DNA of 64,000 nucleotides from IMG/VR virus record IMGVR_UViG_3300031836_000002, positions 32,001-96,000 of that record; one strand, written 5' to 3'. The position numbers were made by a program, and so were the translations under genes. The notes under the pieces were generated by a model that did not search any database, had not been told where the DNA came from, and was given only the letters and a program-made list of their open reading frames with translations. This stretch comes from a virus. Lineage: Duplodnaviria > Caudoviricetes. Shown piece by piece: positions 20,717 through 30,190 of this stretch; within the stretch, counting starts at the first letter, position 1, and every line of letters starts with the position of its first letter.

Positions 20717-21256
20717 TCATAGCTTCTCTCCTTCGGTCTTGGCGGGGTGCGGGTTCACGGGTGAGTACTTCTCTCCGCTCGGCCAGAGCGCCTGAGCGCG
20801 TGCGAAGCCTTCGCGCCACGCATCATGCTTTACGGCTTCGAGAGCGTCAGTGGGAGACTGGTCGAGGACTGCCCTGATGTCGCGCCCAAGGTATGAGCAG
20901 TGCGACTCTCGCTCTATAGCGTCCGCTAGCTCACGCCCCTCCGCAATAACCGCCTGTGCTGCCGCCAACTGCTCGGTGAGGGCATCACGCTCGATAGTGA
21001 TATTCGCGAGTTCCATCATCCGGCTCGCCCACTCGTTACGCTGCATCGTGCGCTCGGACAACTCCCGCCCTAGCTGTGCCACATCCGCAGCAAGATTGTT
21101 TGCCTGATCCTCCGCCTGTTGCGCATCACGCTCTGAGGCTTCGAGAGCATCCGCCAAGTCCTCAAGCAGCGGACAAATACCTGCCTGAGTCAATAGCGGA
21201 CTAGCTGCCCACAGTCGAGCCTTCGCAATCAGGTCGGCGATAGATACATCAGACAT
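20717..21256 (-). CDS. mosaic protein (EQLAAAQAVIAE, QSPTDAL, KTEGEKL)
   Basis: shared modules. Confidence 0.7.
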   Translation of the reverse strand: MSDVSIADLIAKARLWAASPLLTQAGICPLLEDLADALEASERDAQQAEDQANNLAADVAQLGRELSERTMQRNEWASRMMELANITIERDALTEQLAAAQAVIAEGRELADAIERESHCSYLGRDIRAVLDQSPTDALEAVKHDAWREGFARAQALWPSGEKYSPVNPHPAKTEGEKL

Positions 21257-21907
21257 CGAGTTCTCCTGTCTCTGAGCCGTGCGGGTTCGAATCAACTACC
21301 ATCTCGGTAACGAGAACCTTGACCAACGTCACGTTGCGGACGAATCCGATTTCAGAGTCAGACCACTCTTTGAGTTTGTTGTACTGAGAATGCGGGTTCG
21401 AATCGAGTTTCGTTATCCGTTCCCATTCGTCATCAGGGATCTGCGAATTCGGCACCGTCTGCGTGGTGTTCTTGTAAAAACTTGGGTCAGCATTGCTGTA
21501 TTTCCACAGTGACCCGAGCTGCACAATCTCCCAAGAGAGGCGATACATTTCCGTTGCTGGGTCGGTGATAGATACATCAGGCATCAGCGGTGCATCTTCC
21601 GCGCTTTTTTCTGCGCTTTCCGCTTAGCTCGGTGCTGATCTCGCACCGCAGCGGAGATTCGCTGTACCGCGTCTGGTGTGCCGATTATCTCAACCGGGTC
21701 TTTCACCCCTGCATAGAGCGCGTGCTCAAGTGATTGGTAAATTCTTCCACTATTTGGATCCATCATTCTCTCCTTCTATTGCCTCAGAAATGTCATAGTA
21801 GTCGAGAATTCCCTCGCTGTTAGAGGCGGCGAGGATCGTGCACAGAATCTTGTCCCTCGCGGCCATTGGGAGATTTTCGAGCAGTGTCTTGATCAGTTCC
21901 TTCTTAG

Positions 21908-22426
21908 TCATAGCTTCTCTCCTTCGGTCTTGCGGTACGGGTTCAGAGCCTTGTAGTCGGCCAGCGGCCACCCCTGATCACGGTAAACGAGGCGTATACC
22001 CTCATCTACCGCCGCCTCTTTCACAGCATCGAGAGCATCCGTAGGAGACTGGGCGAGGACCGCCATGAACTCCTGCCCGACAGCGGTAGTTGGCGCGTAC
22101 TCACCCTTCGGTGAATCCAGCCACTCCTGAGCGTTCGCCCGCGCCTCCGCGATGACTGCCTGCGCTGCCGCCAACTGTTCGGCCAAGTCATCTGCGTAGG
22201 CATTCGTCGCCTTGATAGCCTCCGAATACGTTTGCGCATGGTCAGCACGTACCTCGGCATCGTGGTCGGTCAGCCAGCGGTCAAATTCCTCTACCCGATA
22301 GTCCTCCGACCAACGCTCACGAACGCCCTCGGTCGTCGGCGTGTACTCGGCAGCTTTCTGCCGGGAGATGTTCTCCTGAGTTCTAGCACGCATGGCGCTG
22401 AATATCTTGGTCTTGTCGTCACTCAT
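21908..22426 (-). CDS. mosaic protein (FDRWL, EQLAAAQAVIAE, KTEGEKL)
   Basis: shared modules. Confidence 0.7.
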   Translation of the reverse strand: MSDDKTKIFSAMRARTQENISRQKAAEYTPTTEGVRERWSEDYRVEEFDRWLTDHDAEVRADHAQTYSEAIKATNAYADDLAEQLAAAQAVIAEARANAQEWLDSPKGEYAPTTAVGQEFMAVLAQSPTDALDAVKEAAVDEGIRLVYRDQGWPLADYKALNPYRKTEGEKL

Positions 22427-22881
22427 GGTCACCACCTTCTTTTCGTCGTCGGTTGTCCCAAAGAACGCCCCCATGAACCGAGCCGAGATTGTGCTGCAAA
22501 GACTGCATAGCTTCCCAGTACCCGAGCAGGAACGGGTTATCGGTGTCTGGCTTCTGGAACGGGTTATCGGGAACGACTACCCCATTGCGTTTTAGACGGT
22601 TGCGGAAAGCCAGCCTCGCCTGAACCTCGACCGCTTCGAGAGCCTTGACCTGAGCGCACCCAATCTCATCCATGTCATCCGGAATATGGAAGCCCATCAC
22701 TCACCACCACCTAGAGCAGCGTCATCGTGCCAGAAGAACCCGTTTGCGGTTGTGTGCGGGAGTCCCGCTTCGGTGTGCCCAGCGAGGTAGCGGCACGGTG
22801 CGCCGCCGTCGATGTTCGGATGGGTCGCGGAGCACTGCACTGCCTCGTCGGTGACCTCTACCTTGCGGGATGCCTTCATGG

Positions 22882-23490
22882 TCATTCCTTCCTGAGTTCC
22901 TTGAGTCGGGTGTAGCTGATGGATTCGATCCTTTTGAGCTGGTCGGGTCCGGCGACTTGCCGCCGCTCCTCAGCGTGCTCGTAAACGCGAATACTTCTGG
23001 TCTCCTTGTGGTCAATCGCGAACTCCCGAAGCATGTCAATTGCGGTGGGGTTGCCCTCTACGATGATCTGCTTGTGGGCGAACGTTTCGATCAGGATTGA
23101 ACGTGAAATGTCCAGCGTGTAGCTCGGCTCAAGTGGCTTAGTCATCTCGTCGGTGGCCTCGACCTGTACCGGCTGAGGGGTGCGAGAGAGCGTTTCGATA
23201 ACGCGACTCAACTCTTTCGCCACCAGATCCCCAGCCTGAACGGGCGTGCGGGAACTCGCGTACCGGCGCTCCTGCCAGATAGCGCGGATGTTGCGCAGTT
23301 CTGTTAGTAGGTCGGTGTCGGATGGTGCAGCCTCGACCCTTCGGGATGCTTGCCACTCAGCACCCGCGATGAATGTCTCACGGCGATCATCATAAATGGG
23401 TGGCCGACCCCATGCCTCATCCGAGGTGGAGTGCCACTCCAAGGGCCAGCGCCCTACGGCCTCGGCGCGGGCTTTGTCTGTAGTACTCAT
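22882..23490 (-). CDS. mosaic protein (MSTTD, AEWQASR.VE, TPQPVQVE)
   Basis: first gene after promoter module. Confidence 0.7.
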   Translation of the reverse strand: MSTTDKARAEAVGRWPLEWHSTSDEAWGRPPIYDDRRETFIAGAEWQASRRVEAAPSDTDLLTELRNIRAIWQERRYASSRTPVQAGDLVAKELSRVIETLSRTPQPVQVEATDEMTKPLEPSYTLDISRSILIETFAHKQIIVEGNPTAIDMLREFAIDHKETRSIRVYEHAEERRQVAGPDQLKRIESISYTRLKELRKE

Positions 23491-23548
23491 GGTGTCTCCT
23501 TCAGTTGACCTTATGATCTGAGCATAGCACAAGGATTGCATTTGCAAC
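23491..23548 (-). promoter_or_regulatory. repeated promoter-RBS module
   Basis: TTGCAAATGCAA, TG-n-TATGCT, TAAGGTCAA, GGAGACACC. Confidence 0.8.
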
Positions 23549-23717
23549 ACTTATAGCCAGAACTGCCACCAACGCTTCGGAGCTACAGGTCCATATTTTG
23601 CATACTCGCAGTTGTAGCAGATGGCACTGAGGTCGAATCCTGATTGATCCCCCCGCCAATAGATGCACTCGGAGTCTTCTGGGTTGTGTCCTGCCTTGGT
23701 CATGAATTTCTTCTTTC

Positions 23718-24911
23718 CTAGTTGGATGTTGGTATTCTTTCAATACGCTGGACAATCAACGGCAGATACTCCTCCTCGCGCTCGGAGGCAATCACGCGGA
23801 ACCCTTCCAGCAGTGCCGCCTCCACGGTGGCTCCTGACCCCGCGAAAGGCTCCAAGATCATCCCTCCGGGAGGAGTGACGAGCTTGACCAAATAGCGCAT
23901 CAGCGCCAGTGGCTTGACCGTGGGATGACCTTTGCCGTCCACCGTAGGGCGTTCTGACTTGGGTGACTTGGCGCAGTAGAAGAATCTGGAAGCTCCCTCC
24001 GATTGTGAGTCGAGAACTCCTGCCTGAGACTCGTCCAAGATCACATTGGCTGGATAACGCCCAACAGCCGGGTTATACACAGGCGCTCCGGCACTGTCTC
24101 CATACACGCTAGCGTCCCCGTGTCCGAACCCTCCAACCGTGGAAGGGTTCTTGGCGTGGATGTCATCGTTCTCCGAGACACTGATGCGACTGTCGTCGAT
24201 GTTTAGCGCCCCCGTGCCATGCTTCAGCACATTCTTAAATAGTGCACCTTTGAAAGGCTTGCGGGCCATAATTATCGGCTCGAACGCAGGCTTGAGAGCG
24301 CTGTTCCAACCTGTCCACTGTTTGCCCTCCTCGGTGGCTGGTGCAGTGATCTGTGCTTCTTTCTCCGAGTCATTGAAGTCTCCGTAGGCAACTCTGACTT
24401 CATCGGCATTCACTGCCAACGAGTATCCCGGCTGTCCAATCTTCGATCCAACAACCTCACGGGTAGCACCTGCTGCCTTGTCAATGACCTTGCCGATGTC
24501 CTGCCCCTTGGGGAAACCGGAACCATACATCCACGCGATGCTGTCTCGAATGTCGAACCCCGCAAGTCGAATGCTCATCTCCATAAGACCCATGGTTCGA
24601 GTCCCCGCGAAACAGAGCAAGTGCCCTCCCGGCTTGAGCACGCGCAGCGCCTCGTCCCATACAGCGGGAGGAGGCACGAAGTTGTCCCAGCTCTTGCCCA
24701 TGAATCCACCAGAGGTGGCGGGAACGAACTCTCTGTCCCCTCCGATCCACGCGGTCATTGCCTCGACAACGTGCTTGGGCGTCGTGTTGCTCAGCCCATA
24801 CGGAGGGTCTGTGATTACGCTGTCGATGGAGTTGTCCGGGAGCTTCCGGAGCATCTCTAGGCACTCAGCGTGGATGACCTTGACTCCTCGACTGTGATGA
24901 AACAACTTCAT
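23718..24911 (-). CDS. N6-adenine/N4-cytosine DNA methyltransferase (beta class)
   Basis: TDPPY catalytic motif before HPTVKP and EPFAGSG SAM-binding motif. Confidence 0.92.
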   Translation of the reverse strand: MKLFHHSRGVKVIHAECLEMLRKLPDNSIDSVITDPPYGLSNTTPKHVVEAMTAWIGGDREFVPATSGGFMGKSWDNFVPPPAVWDEALRVLKPGGHLLCFAGTRTMGLMEMSIRLAGFDIRDSIAWMYGSGFPKGQDIGKVIDKAAGATREVVGSKIGQPGYSLAVNADEVRVAYGDFNDSEKEAQITAPATEEGKQWTGWNSALKPAFEPIIMARKPFKGALFKNVLKHGTGALNIDDSRISVSENDDIHAKNPSTVGGFGHGDASVYGDSAGAPVYNPAVGRYPANVILDESQAGVLDSQSEGASRFFYCAKSPKSERPTVDGKGHPTVKPLALMRYLVKLVTPPGGMILEPFAGSGATVEAALLEGFRVIASEREEEYLPLIVQRIERIPTSN

Positions 24912-25229
24912 GAATTTCTTCTTTCTAACTGAGTAAATCGTCGATGTTGGAATCTAGATATGGAGAATTGCCATGGTTACAGTCTTGTCATTGGTCGGCG
25001 GATAGCGGCGCGTGACGCTTTGCGGGCGTGCTCTCGGCGCTTGGCTGCAAGTCGAGCGTCTGTTCGTTCCCATGACGCTCGGAGCAGCTCATCAACTCGT
25101 GTGTAGCGTGGTAGCTCTCGCGAGTTGATGAGCTGGTCAATGGTCCGTCGTGGGTAGTTGATCGTGCCTATCATCGTGTCTCCTCTGTTGGGTGCTTCGA
25201 GTAGTAGTGCTCGGTGTCCTCTGTGACGC

Positions 25230-25940
25230 TCATTTGAGGTCATCCAGCTCTGGGAAGTCCAACGTCACCAGATGGGTCTGTGGGTCGATCTCCACGGTGA
25301 ACCCTACGGATCTCAGGCGGGCGCGTAGGGAGGCGAAGGATCTTCTGGAGATACGGAGGCGTCCATAGGAGGCAAAAAACACATCCCCTAGGTACTGAAT
25401 GTTCTCACGTGCGGTGCCTGCCAGTAGCTCATTGACGAAACTCTGCTGGCCTGATCCGTATGCGCACGCGGTAGCTAGGCGGCGCACTACCTTGGACAAT
25501 AGATCGGTGGGAGTCATGGGAAGCTTAGGTGGGCTGCCCTGCGCTGTGTAGCGCTTACACGGGCAGAAGATGAGGCGTCCGCGGTCCTCCTCTGGGGGGC
25601 TGCCGAAACACGTTGTGGTGTTTTTCTTGCCCCCGTGGTTGGACTTCTTGTGGCCACACGTGCACCTCTTGGCCTTGGCTTTCTTGATCTTGGTGTTCTC
25701 CGCGGTGCCTAGGCGTCCGTTGATGATGCCACTCACAATGGTTTGGGCGTGCTCGATGTTCCCTGCGTGCGAGATCTCTTTGCCTGCCACGGTAATGACA
25801 TATTTCACCTTGTGGATCTTGGTGTTCTCTGGAGTGCCTATGCCTCCAAGGATGATGGTGTTGGCGGCGATCTTCGCTTGCCACAGGGCGTCGGTGTGGT
25901 CGATCTCTTCGCCCTTTACCGTGATGATGAATTTCGTCAT
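25230..25940 (-). CDS. hypothetical protein with N-terminal tandem ~42-aa repeat
   Basis: K(F/Y)(I/V)ITV.G.EI.H...G.(I/L)GT.ENTKI twice. Confidence 0.7.
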   Translation of the reverse strand: MTKFIITVKGEEIDHTDALWQAKIAANTIILGGIGTPENTKIHKVKYVITVAGKEISHAGNIEHAQTIVSGIINGRLGTAENTKIKKAKAKRCTCGHKKSNHGGKKNTTTCFGSPPEEDRGRLIFCPCKRYTAQGSPPKLPMTPTDLLSKVVRRLATACAYGSGQQSFVNELLAGTARENIQYLGDVFFASYGRLRISRRSFASLRARLRSVGFTVEIDPQTHLVTLDFPELDDLK

Positions 25941-26792
25941 GATGTCCTCTGTGGTAGTCGGTATGGGTTACTGGGGAGCTTGGTGATTCCGGACGCTGCT
26001 GCCACGTCTGCCATGGTGAGCACTCCGCGGGTCCATGCTGCCTGCTGTACGCCTCTGAGAGCGCTCTGGAGGCGTATATCGGCCTTCTCGTAGGATCGGT
26101 CTGCTAACTCGATTTCAAGGTCTGTGTCTCCCACGAGAGCCTCTGCTCGGCGTGACGTGGTGGTGATCATGTAATTGAGAGCCTTCTGGAATTCGTCCTC
26201 TAGCTGCGTCTCGGCGTCCTTCATGAGGGCGCTCTGTCGTAGCTGGATCTCGGTCTCTGTGCGATCCCGTACTTGTCGAGCTTGCTGGAGCGAGTGCGTG
26301 GCGTCGCTGCCATAGGACCTGCCCGTATCGGACAGGGAACCCATGGCTTCTTTGACCTGCTGGGTGTCTCGGTCAATGCCGTCTTGGTAGCTCATTTCCG
26401 TACCCCTTCTGGCCATGCAAGGCCGCGTTCTTCGCGGATGGTGTCGAGCACCTTCAGGGTGTCTCGCAAACTGGCTGCGTACTCCTGCATCGAGGCGTAC
26501 AGGACTGCACTCTCGTGAATCTCTGTAGTGAATGTGATCTTGTTGATGAGCTGCCAGTCGGTCAGCTCGCGCTGTCCTGCAATGAACTCGGTGGCTTCGT
26601 CTGGTGTCTTCGTCATGGTGTCTCCTTACGTCAGTTCTTCTGGGAACACACTGAATGTGTGTCCATCTTCTGCTTGCACGAGAATTCGGGTTCCCTCGGG
26701 GCGTGCCTCAATGATCTCGACCTGCTGCCCGCTGTACTTGTTCAGGCGGTGATTCCCGCCCTCTCCAAGGGTGAATGTGGTCACGATGTCTC

Positions 26793-27191
26793 CTAGATGT
26801 TGTGGAGGGCTACGCGGATCCGAGCCTGCGAGCGCATCTGCTGTACAAATTCTTCTATGGTCAGTGATTGGCTCTCACCATTAGGCAGTCCTTCTTCGTT
26901 CAGGACCCATGCCTCGATGGTGCCTTCTTCTTCGATCTGCGATACCTCTCGGACCCATTCGGTCAGCTGGTCTTCGCTCTGCTCGATGATCCACACGTTG
27001 TGTGCGTTCTGAGCTTCTTCGCTCTTCCGGAGAGATGCACTCTTTCGGCCTGCTGCGGCTGCTCGGCGGCGGTTCAGCGCTGCTGTGGTGTATGTGTTCG
27101 TTCCGGTACCGTTGCATCCCCAGCACGTGCCCCATCCGAAGTTGCCACTGCCATTGCATTTCCAGCAACTCACTGTCGTCATGTCTGCCAT
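26793..27191 (-). CDS. DnaJ-type Zn-finger-containing small protein
   Basis: CWKCNGSG, CWGCNGTG. Confidence 0.65.
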   Translation of the reverse strand: MADMTTVSCWKCNGSGNFGWGTCWGCNGTGTNTYTTAALNRRRAAAAGRKSASLRKSEEAQNAHNVWIIEQSEDQLTEWVREVSQIEEEGTIEAWVLNEEGLPNGESQSLTIEEFVQQMRSQARIRVALHNI

Positions 27192-27249
27192 GGGATCTCC
27201 TTCAGTTGACTTTACTCTTTGAGCATAGCACATAGATTGCAATTGCAAT
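27192..27249 (-). promoter_or_regulatory. repeated promoter-RBS module
   Basis: TTGCAATTGCAA, TG-n-TATGCT, TAAAGTCAA, GGAGAT. Confidence 0.8.
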
Positions 27250-27867
27250 ACCAACTAGAAAGAAACTCGGTCAGTTGGCGAGAGTTCCTCCTGTGGGGCA
27301 TGGAAGATCTCGCGTGTGGCCACAGACTCGATGATGCACTCCCCATCTGGAAGATCGTGGGAGTACAGGAAGTAGTTACCCTGCGTATCGGCCACAATCT
27401 GTCCTCTGCGGAATGTCATGAGGCTTTCCGGGCACAAGGGGCCACGGCGTACCAATCGTCTTCGTAGCCGTCATCCTCGGTTGGTATGAATTTTCTGGCC
27501 CGTACCTCGGTGTGAGCGCGGCGTCCGTGAGAGCATCCCACTGCATGGATCGTGGTGGGCTTATCTGGGGCCTGATGGATCTCGATGGCTTCGACCTTGA
27601 TGGGATGTGTCAGGTGGCTCATATCGACTCCTAACCGAATCGCTTCATCTGGCGGTGGAAGTTCTTTCCCTTGTCGGTGAACATCAGGCGTCCTGCGCGG
27701 CTGCTCCAGCGGACGTATCCCGATGAGGTGGCTGCCCGTACTGCACCGGACAGTTCCAGTCCTGCGGGCTGCTTAGCGGCTACTGCGCGGAATAGGGCCT
27801 TGATCTGTGCGACCTGTGGGGCCAGCTCTCCATTGACCTGAGCTTCTAATTCTTGAATCGTTGCCAT

Positions 27868-27928
27868 GGTGTCTCCTTCAGTTGACCTTACTCTTTGAGT
27901 CTAGCTGGTTAGGATGTCAATTGCAACC
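27868..27928 (-). promoter_or_regulatory. repeated promoter-RBS module
   Basis: TTGCAA-17-TAGACT, TAAGGTCAA, GGAGACACC. Confidence 0.8.
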
Positions 27929-28389
27929 TATGCGGCTACGGTCTCGCTAACCAGTGTCAGCTCTGGAAACTTGCCACGTCGGCCTGCCGGGAAATTGACG
28001 ACGAATCGTGCGCCCATGAATATCAAGATTGTGCCCTCTTCGATGAGGTAGGCGATCTCGTCGGGCTGTGCATGCGCGGTGAGCATCGTGCCCTGTTCGA
28101 ACATATAAGCATGCGGGCCTTCGACTAGAGGGCCTCGGTACTCGGTACGGTGGAAGCTCCCTGCATCCCATCCGCCAAAGCTGTAGAAGTCGTGCAGCGT
28201 GTGGCCGTGGTACATGTTGGGGTTAGCGGCCAACTTGATACGAGAGAAGCTGTTGAGGGCTACCGTGTCATTGTTGCCACCCTCTGGTGTGCCTTCGAGT
28301 ACATGCACGGAGTTGTCGGTAGTCAGTTGACTCTCGAAAAGAATGTCGAGGTTGATCTCTGGGCCTATGTCCATAACGTGTGTCTTCAT
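27928..28389 (-). CDS. hypothetical protein
   Basis: single-gene cassette between two promoter modules. Confidence 0.7.
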   Translation of the reverse strand: MKTHVMDIGPEINLDILFESQLTTDNSVHVLEGTPEGGNNDTVALNSFSRIKLAANPNMYHGHTLHDFYSFGGWDAGSFHRTEYRGPLVEGPHAYMFEQGTMLTAHAQPDEIAYLIEEGTILIFMGARFVVNFPAGRRGKFPELTLVSETVAA

Positions 28390-28447
28390 GGTGTCTCCTT
28401 CAGTAGTTGACCTTACTCTTTGAGCATAGCACAAGATTGCTTTTGAC
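28390..28447 (-). promoter_or_regulatory. repeated promoter-RBS module
   Basis: TG-n-TATGCT, TAAGGTCAA, GGAGACACC. Confidence 0.75.
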
Positions 28448-28660
28448 TCACTACTCTCCACGGGCCTCTCGGCCTGCCTTACGGGCTGCTGTGCATACCT
28501 CTGTGAGATGGGCGATTGTCTCGGTGGTCATGGTCATCACAGGTTTTCCTCCGCTGAGCGCTGTCCACTCGTTACCCTGCTCGTCTAGGTAGGTCTCGAT
28601 CTCGGCCTGTCCTGATCCCATGGTTGAGCGGGTCGTGCGTATGAGCTTGAGTGGTGCCAT

Positions 28661-28713
28661 GGTGTCTCCTAGTGTCTGGTGGGCTGTGAGCTTAGCACAA
28701 GATTGCATTTGAC
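28661..28713 (-). promoter_or_regulatory. promoter module variant lacking TAAGGTCA box
   Basis: GTCAAATGCAATCTTGTGCTAAGCT, GGAGACACC. Confidence 0.65.
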
Positions 28714-28721
28714 TCACTCAA

Positions 28722-29186
28722 CTAGCCCACCTGTTTCGTAATATGGAACTTGCCACACGTGCAGCGGTAGACACGCATCCCGTGCCCGGTGCCTCCTGAT
28801 GACTTCAGTGCCCATCGGCTGGCGTAGAACTCGCTGGGGAATGCACGCTTCTTAGGCGTTGGACACTTCGGCTTCCCTTTCTTCGTGTACTCCACTGGCG
28901 GTTGCTCCACTGGTTGCTCCGCTCGGCTGCTCGGTGTGCGGTGCCGCTGGCAGTACCTCGGTGCCTCCGCGGTGGGTTCGTGCCATGGCGGGGTGAAGCT
29001 CCACTCGGCGTCACAGAAAGTGCACACGTGCTTCTGAGGATCGGGTTCCCGTGAGATAGTCCGGGCGAGGATACCGAGCTGGAACTCTAAATCTTCTTTC
29101 CTCAGTGGCTCCTCGTAGTCGGCGTGGGCCTTTCGGGTTCTCCCGTTGGTGTCGGTAATGGTGATGCTCAAGCTGCGTGCTTTCAT
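28722..29186 (-). CDS. Zn-binding hypothetical protein
   Basis: CTFC; CPTPKK...YRCTCGKFHIT. Confidence 0.65.
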   Translation of the reverse strand: MKARSLSITITDTNGRTRKAHADYEEPLRKEDLEFQLGILARTISREPDPQKHVCTFCDAEWSFTPPWHEPTAEAPRYCQRHRTPSSRAEQPVEQPPVEYTKKGKPKCPTPKKRAFPSEFYASRWALKSSGGTGHGMRVYRCTCGKFHITKQVG

Positions 29187-29262
29187 ATCGGTCTCCTCGA
29201 TGTCGGTATGGACTCTTTGAGATTAGCACAAGATTGCATTTGACATAGGTTGCAATTGCAAC
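29187..29262 (-). promoter_or_regulatory. promoter module with two TGCAA boxes
   Basis: TTGCAATTGCAA plus GTCAAATGCAA, TG-n-TAATCT. Confidence 0.65.
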
Positions 29263-29822
29263 TATACTGAGAGTAGGCCTAGGTCCTCATTGGTGAGGGC
29301 GAACTCTCCGTGGTGTAGCTTCACGGCCTCGTCATAGGCTCGCGCGGCGTCTGCCACCTCTCGGTGCATGCTGCTGTAGACCTGCCTGCCGTTGAGCTTC
29401 ACACGGGCCTGCCAGCGTGCCTTGTCCTTTCTCCACCGGACACCCTTGAATCCTGAGGTCGCATTGATGCTGTATCGGTTGCGGGACTGCTCCCCTGCGG
29501 TTGCGGAGCGTAGGTTCTCCCGGCGATTGTCGAGCGTGTTCCGGTTGACGTGATCCACTGAGGTGCCCGAAACAAGAATCAGGCTTGCCAGCGCGTACGT
29601 GCTCCCAACCCGTAGGCCTCGACTGAGTGCGTACGTCGTGGGTAGGTGCGTGACTACCGCGATGTAATCGCCCTGCCTCACAACCCTGAGGGTGAATTGG
29701 GATGCGAATTCTAGGTCCTCTGGGGACACCAGAACCTCGTGCAGCTCGCCAGTGCTGCGATCCAGCGCCTCCAAGCGAGTGGTTCCGAGTATTGGTGCAT
29801 TACGAGGTCGGCCACGAGTCAT
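29262..29822 (-). CDS. HNH-AP2 homing endonuclease
   Basis: VDHVNRNTLDNRRENLR, then TSGFKGVRW...AARAYDEA (AP2). Confidence 0.9.
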   Translation of the reverse strand: MTRGRPRNAPILGTTRLEALDRSTGELHEVLVSPEDLEFASQFTLRVVRQGDYIAVVTHLPTTYALSRGLRVGSTYALASLILVSGTSVDHVNRNTLDNRRENLRSATAGEQSRNRYSINATSGFKGVRWRKDKARWQARVKLNGRQVYSSMHREVADAARAYDEAVKLHHGEFALTNEDLGLLSV

Positions 29823-29862
29823 GGAAAAAAGGTTACACCAATATGCGCAAAAAGCTAGACAT

Positions 29863-30087
29863 GGTTGCAATTGACATCTATAATAAGAATATAGGGTAAA
29901 CCGAGACGGCAGAGGCCGAGGGAGGGGTGAGAGTAGAAGGCTGCCATAAAATAGTGGCGATATGAGCGCGCGGGTGGTACAACCCCTATCGGTTCATTCG
30001 CCGTGATTCCCGGCCCTGTCCTTCTGTCTCCTCTCGCTGGCTGACCTTACGTCTTTAGTCTAACAACTTTAGATGTCAATTGCAACC
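29863..30087. repeat. non-coding element bounded by 18-bp perfect inverted repeats
   Basis: GGTTGCAATTGACATCTA at 29863-29880, reverse complement at 30070-30087. Confidence 0.8.
30025..30087 (-). promoter_or_regulatory. promoter module with no ATG after the RBS
   Basis: TTGCAA-17-TAGACT, TAAGGTCAG, GAGGAGACAG-AAG. Confidence 0.7.
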
Positions 30088-30092
30088 TCTAG

Positions 30093-30137
30093 AGACAAGA
30101 AAAGACGCATATCCAGATAATACAGATATGCGTCTTT
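30093..30137 (-). terminator. hairpin/likely intrinsic terminator
   Basis: 13-bp stem AAAGACGCATATC/GATATGCGTCTTT, T-rich tail on minus strand. Confidence 0.6.
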
Positions 30138-30190
30138 GTGTCTTTGACTACACGATGGACATCGTACAGTCATCGACTACAGCCTGTCAA

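Noticed and set aside
9627-23490. Diversity-generating retroelement behind the mosaic ORFs
   Set aside because: No reverse transcriptase and no adenine-specific TR/VR pair
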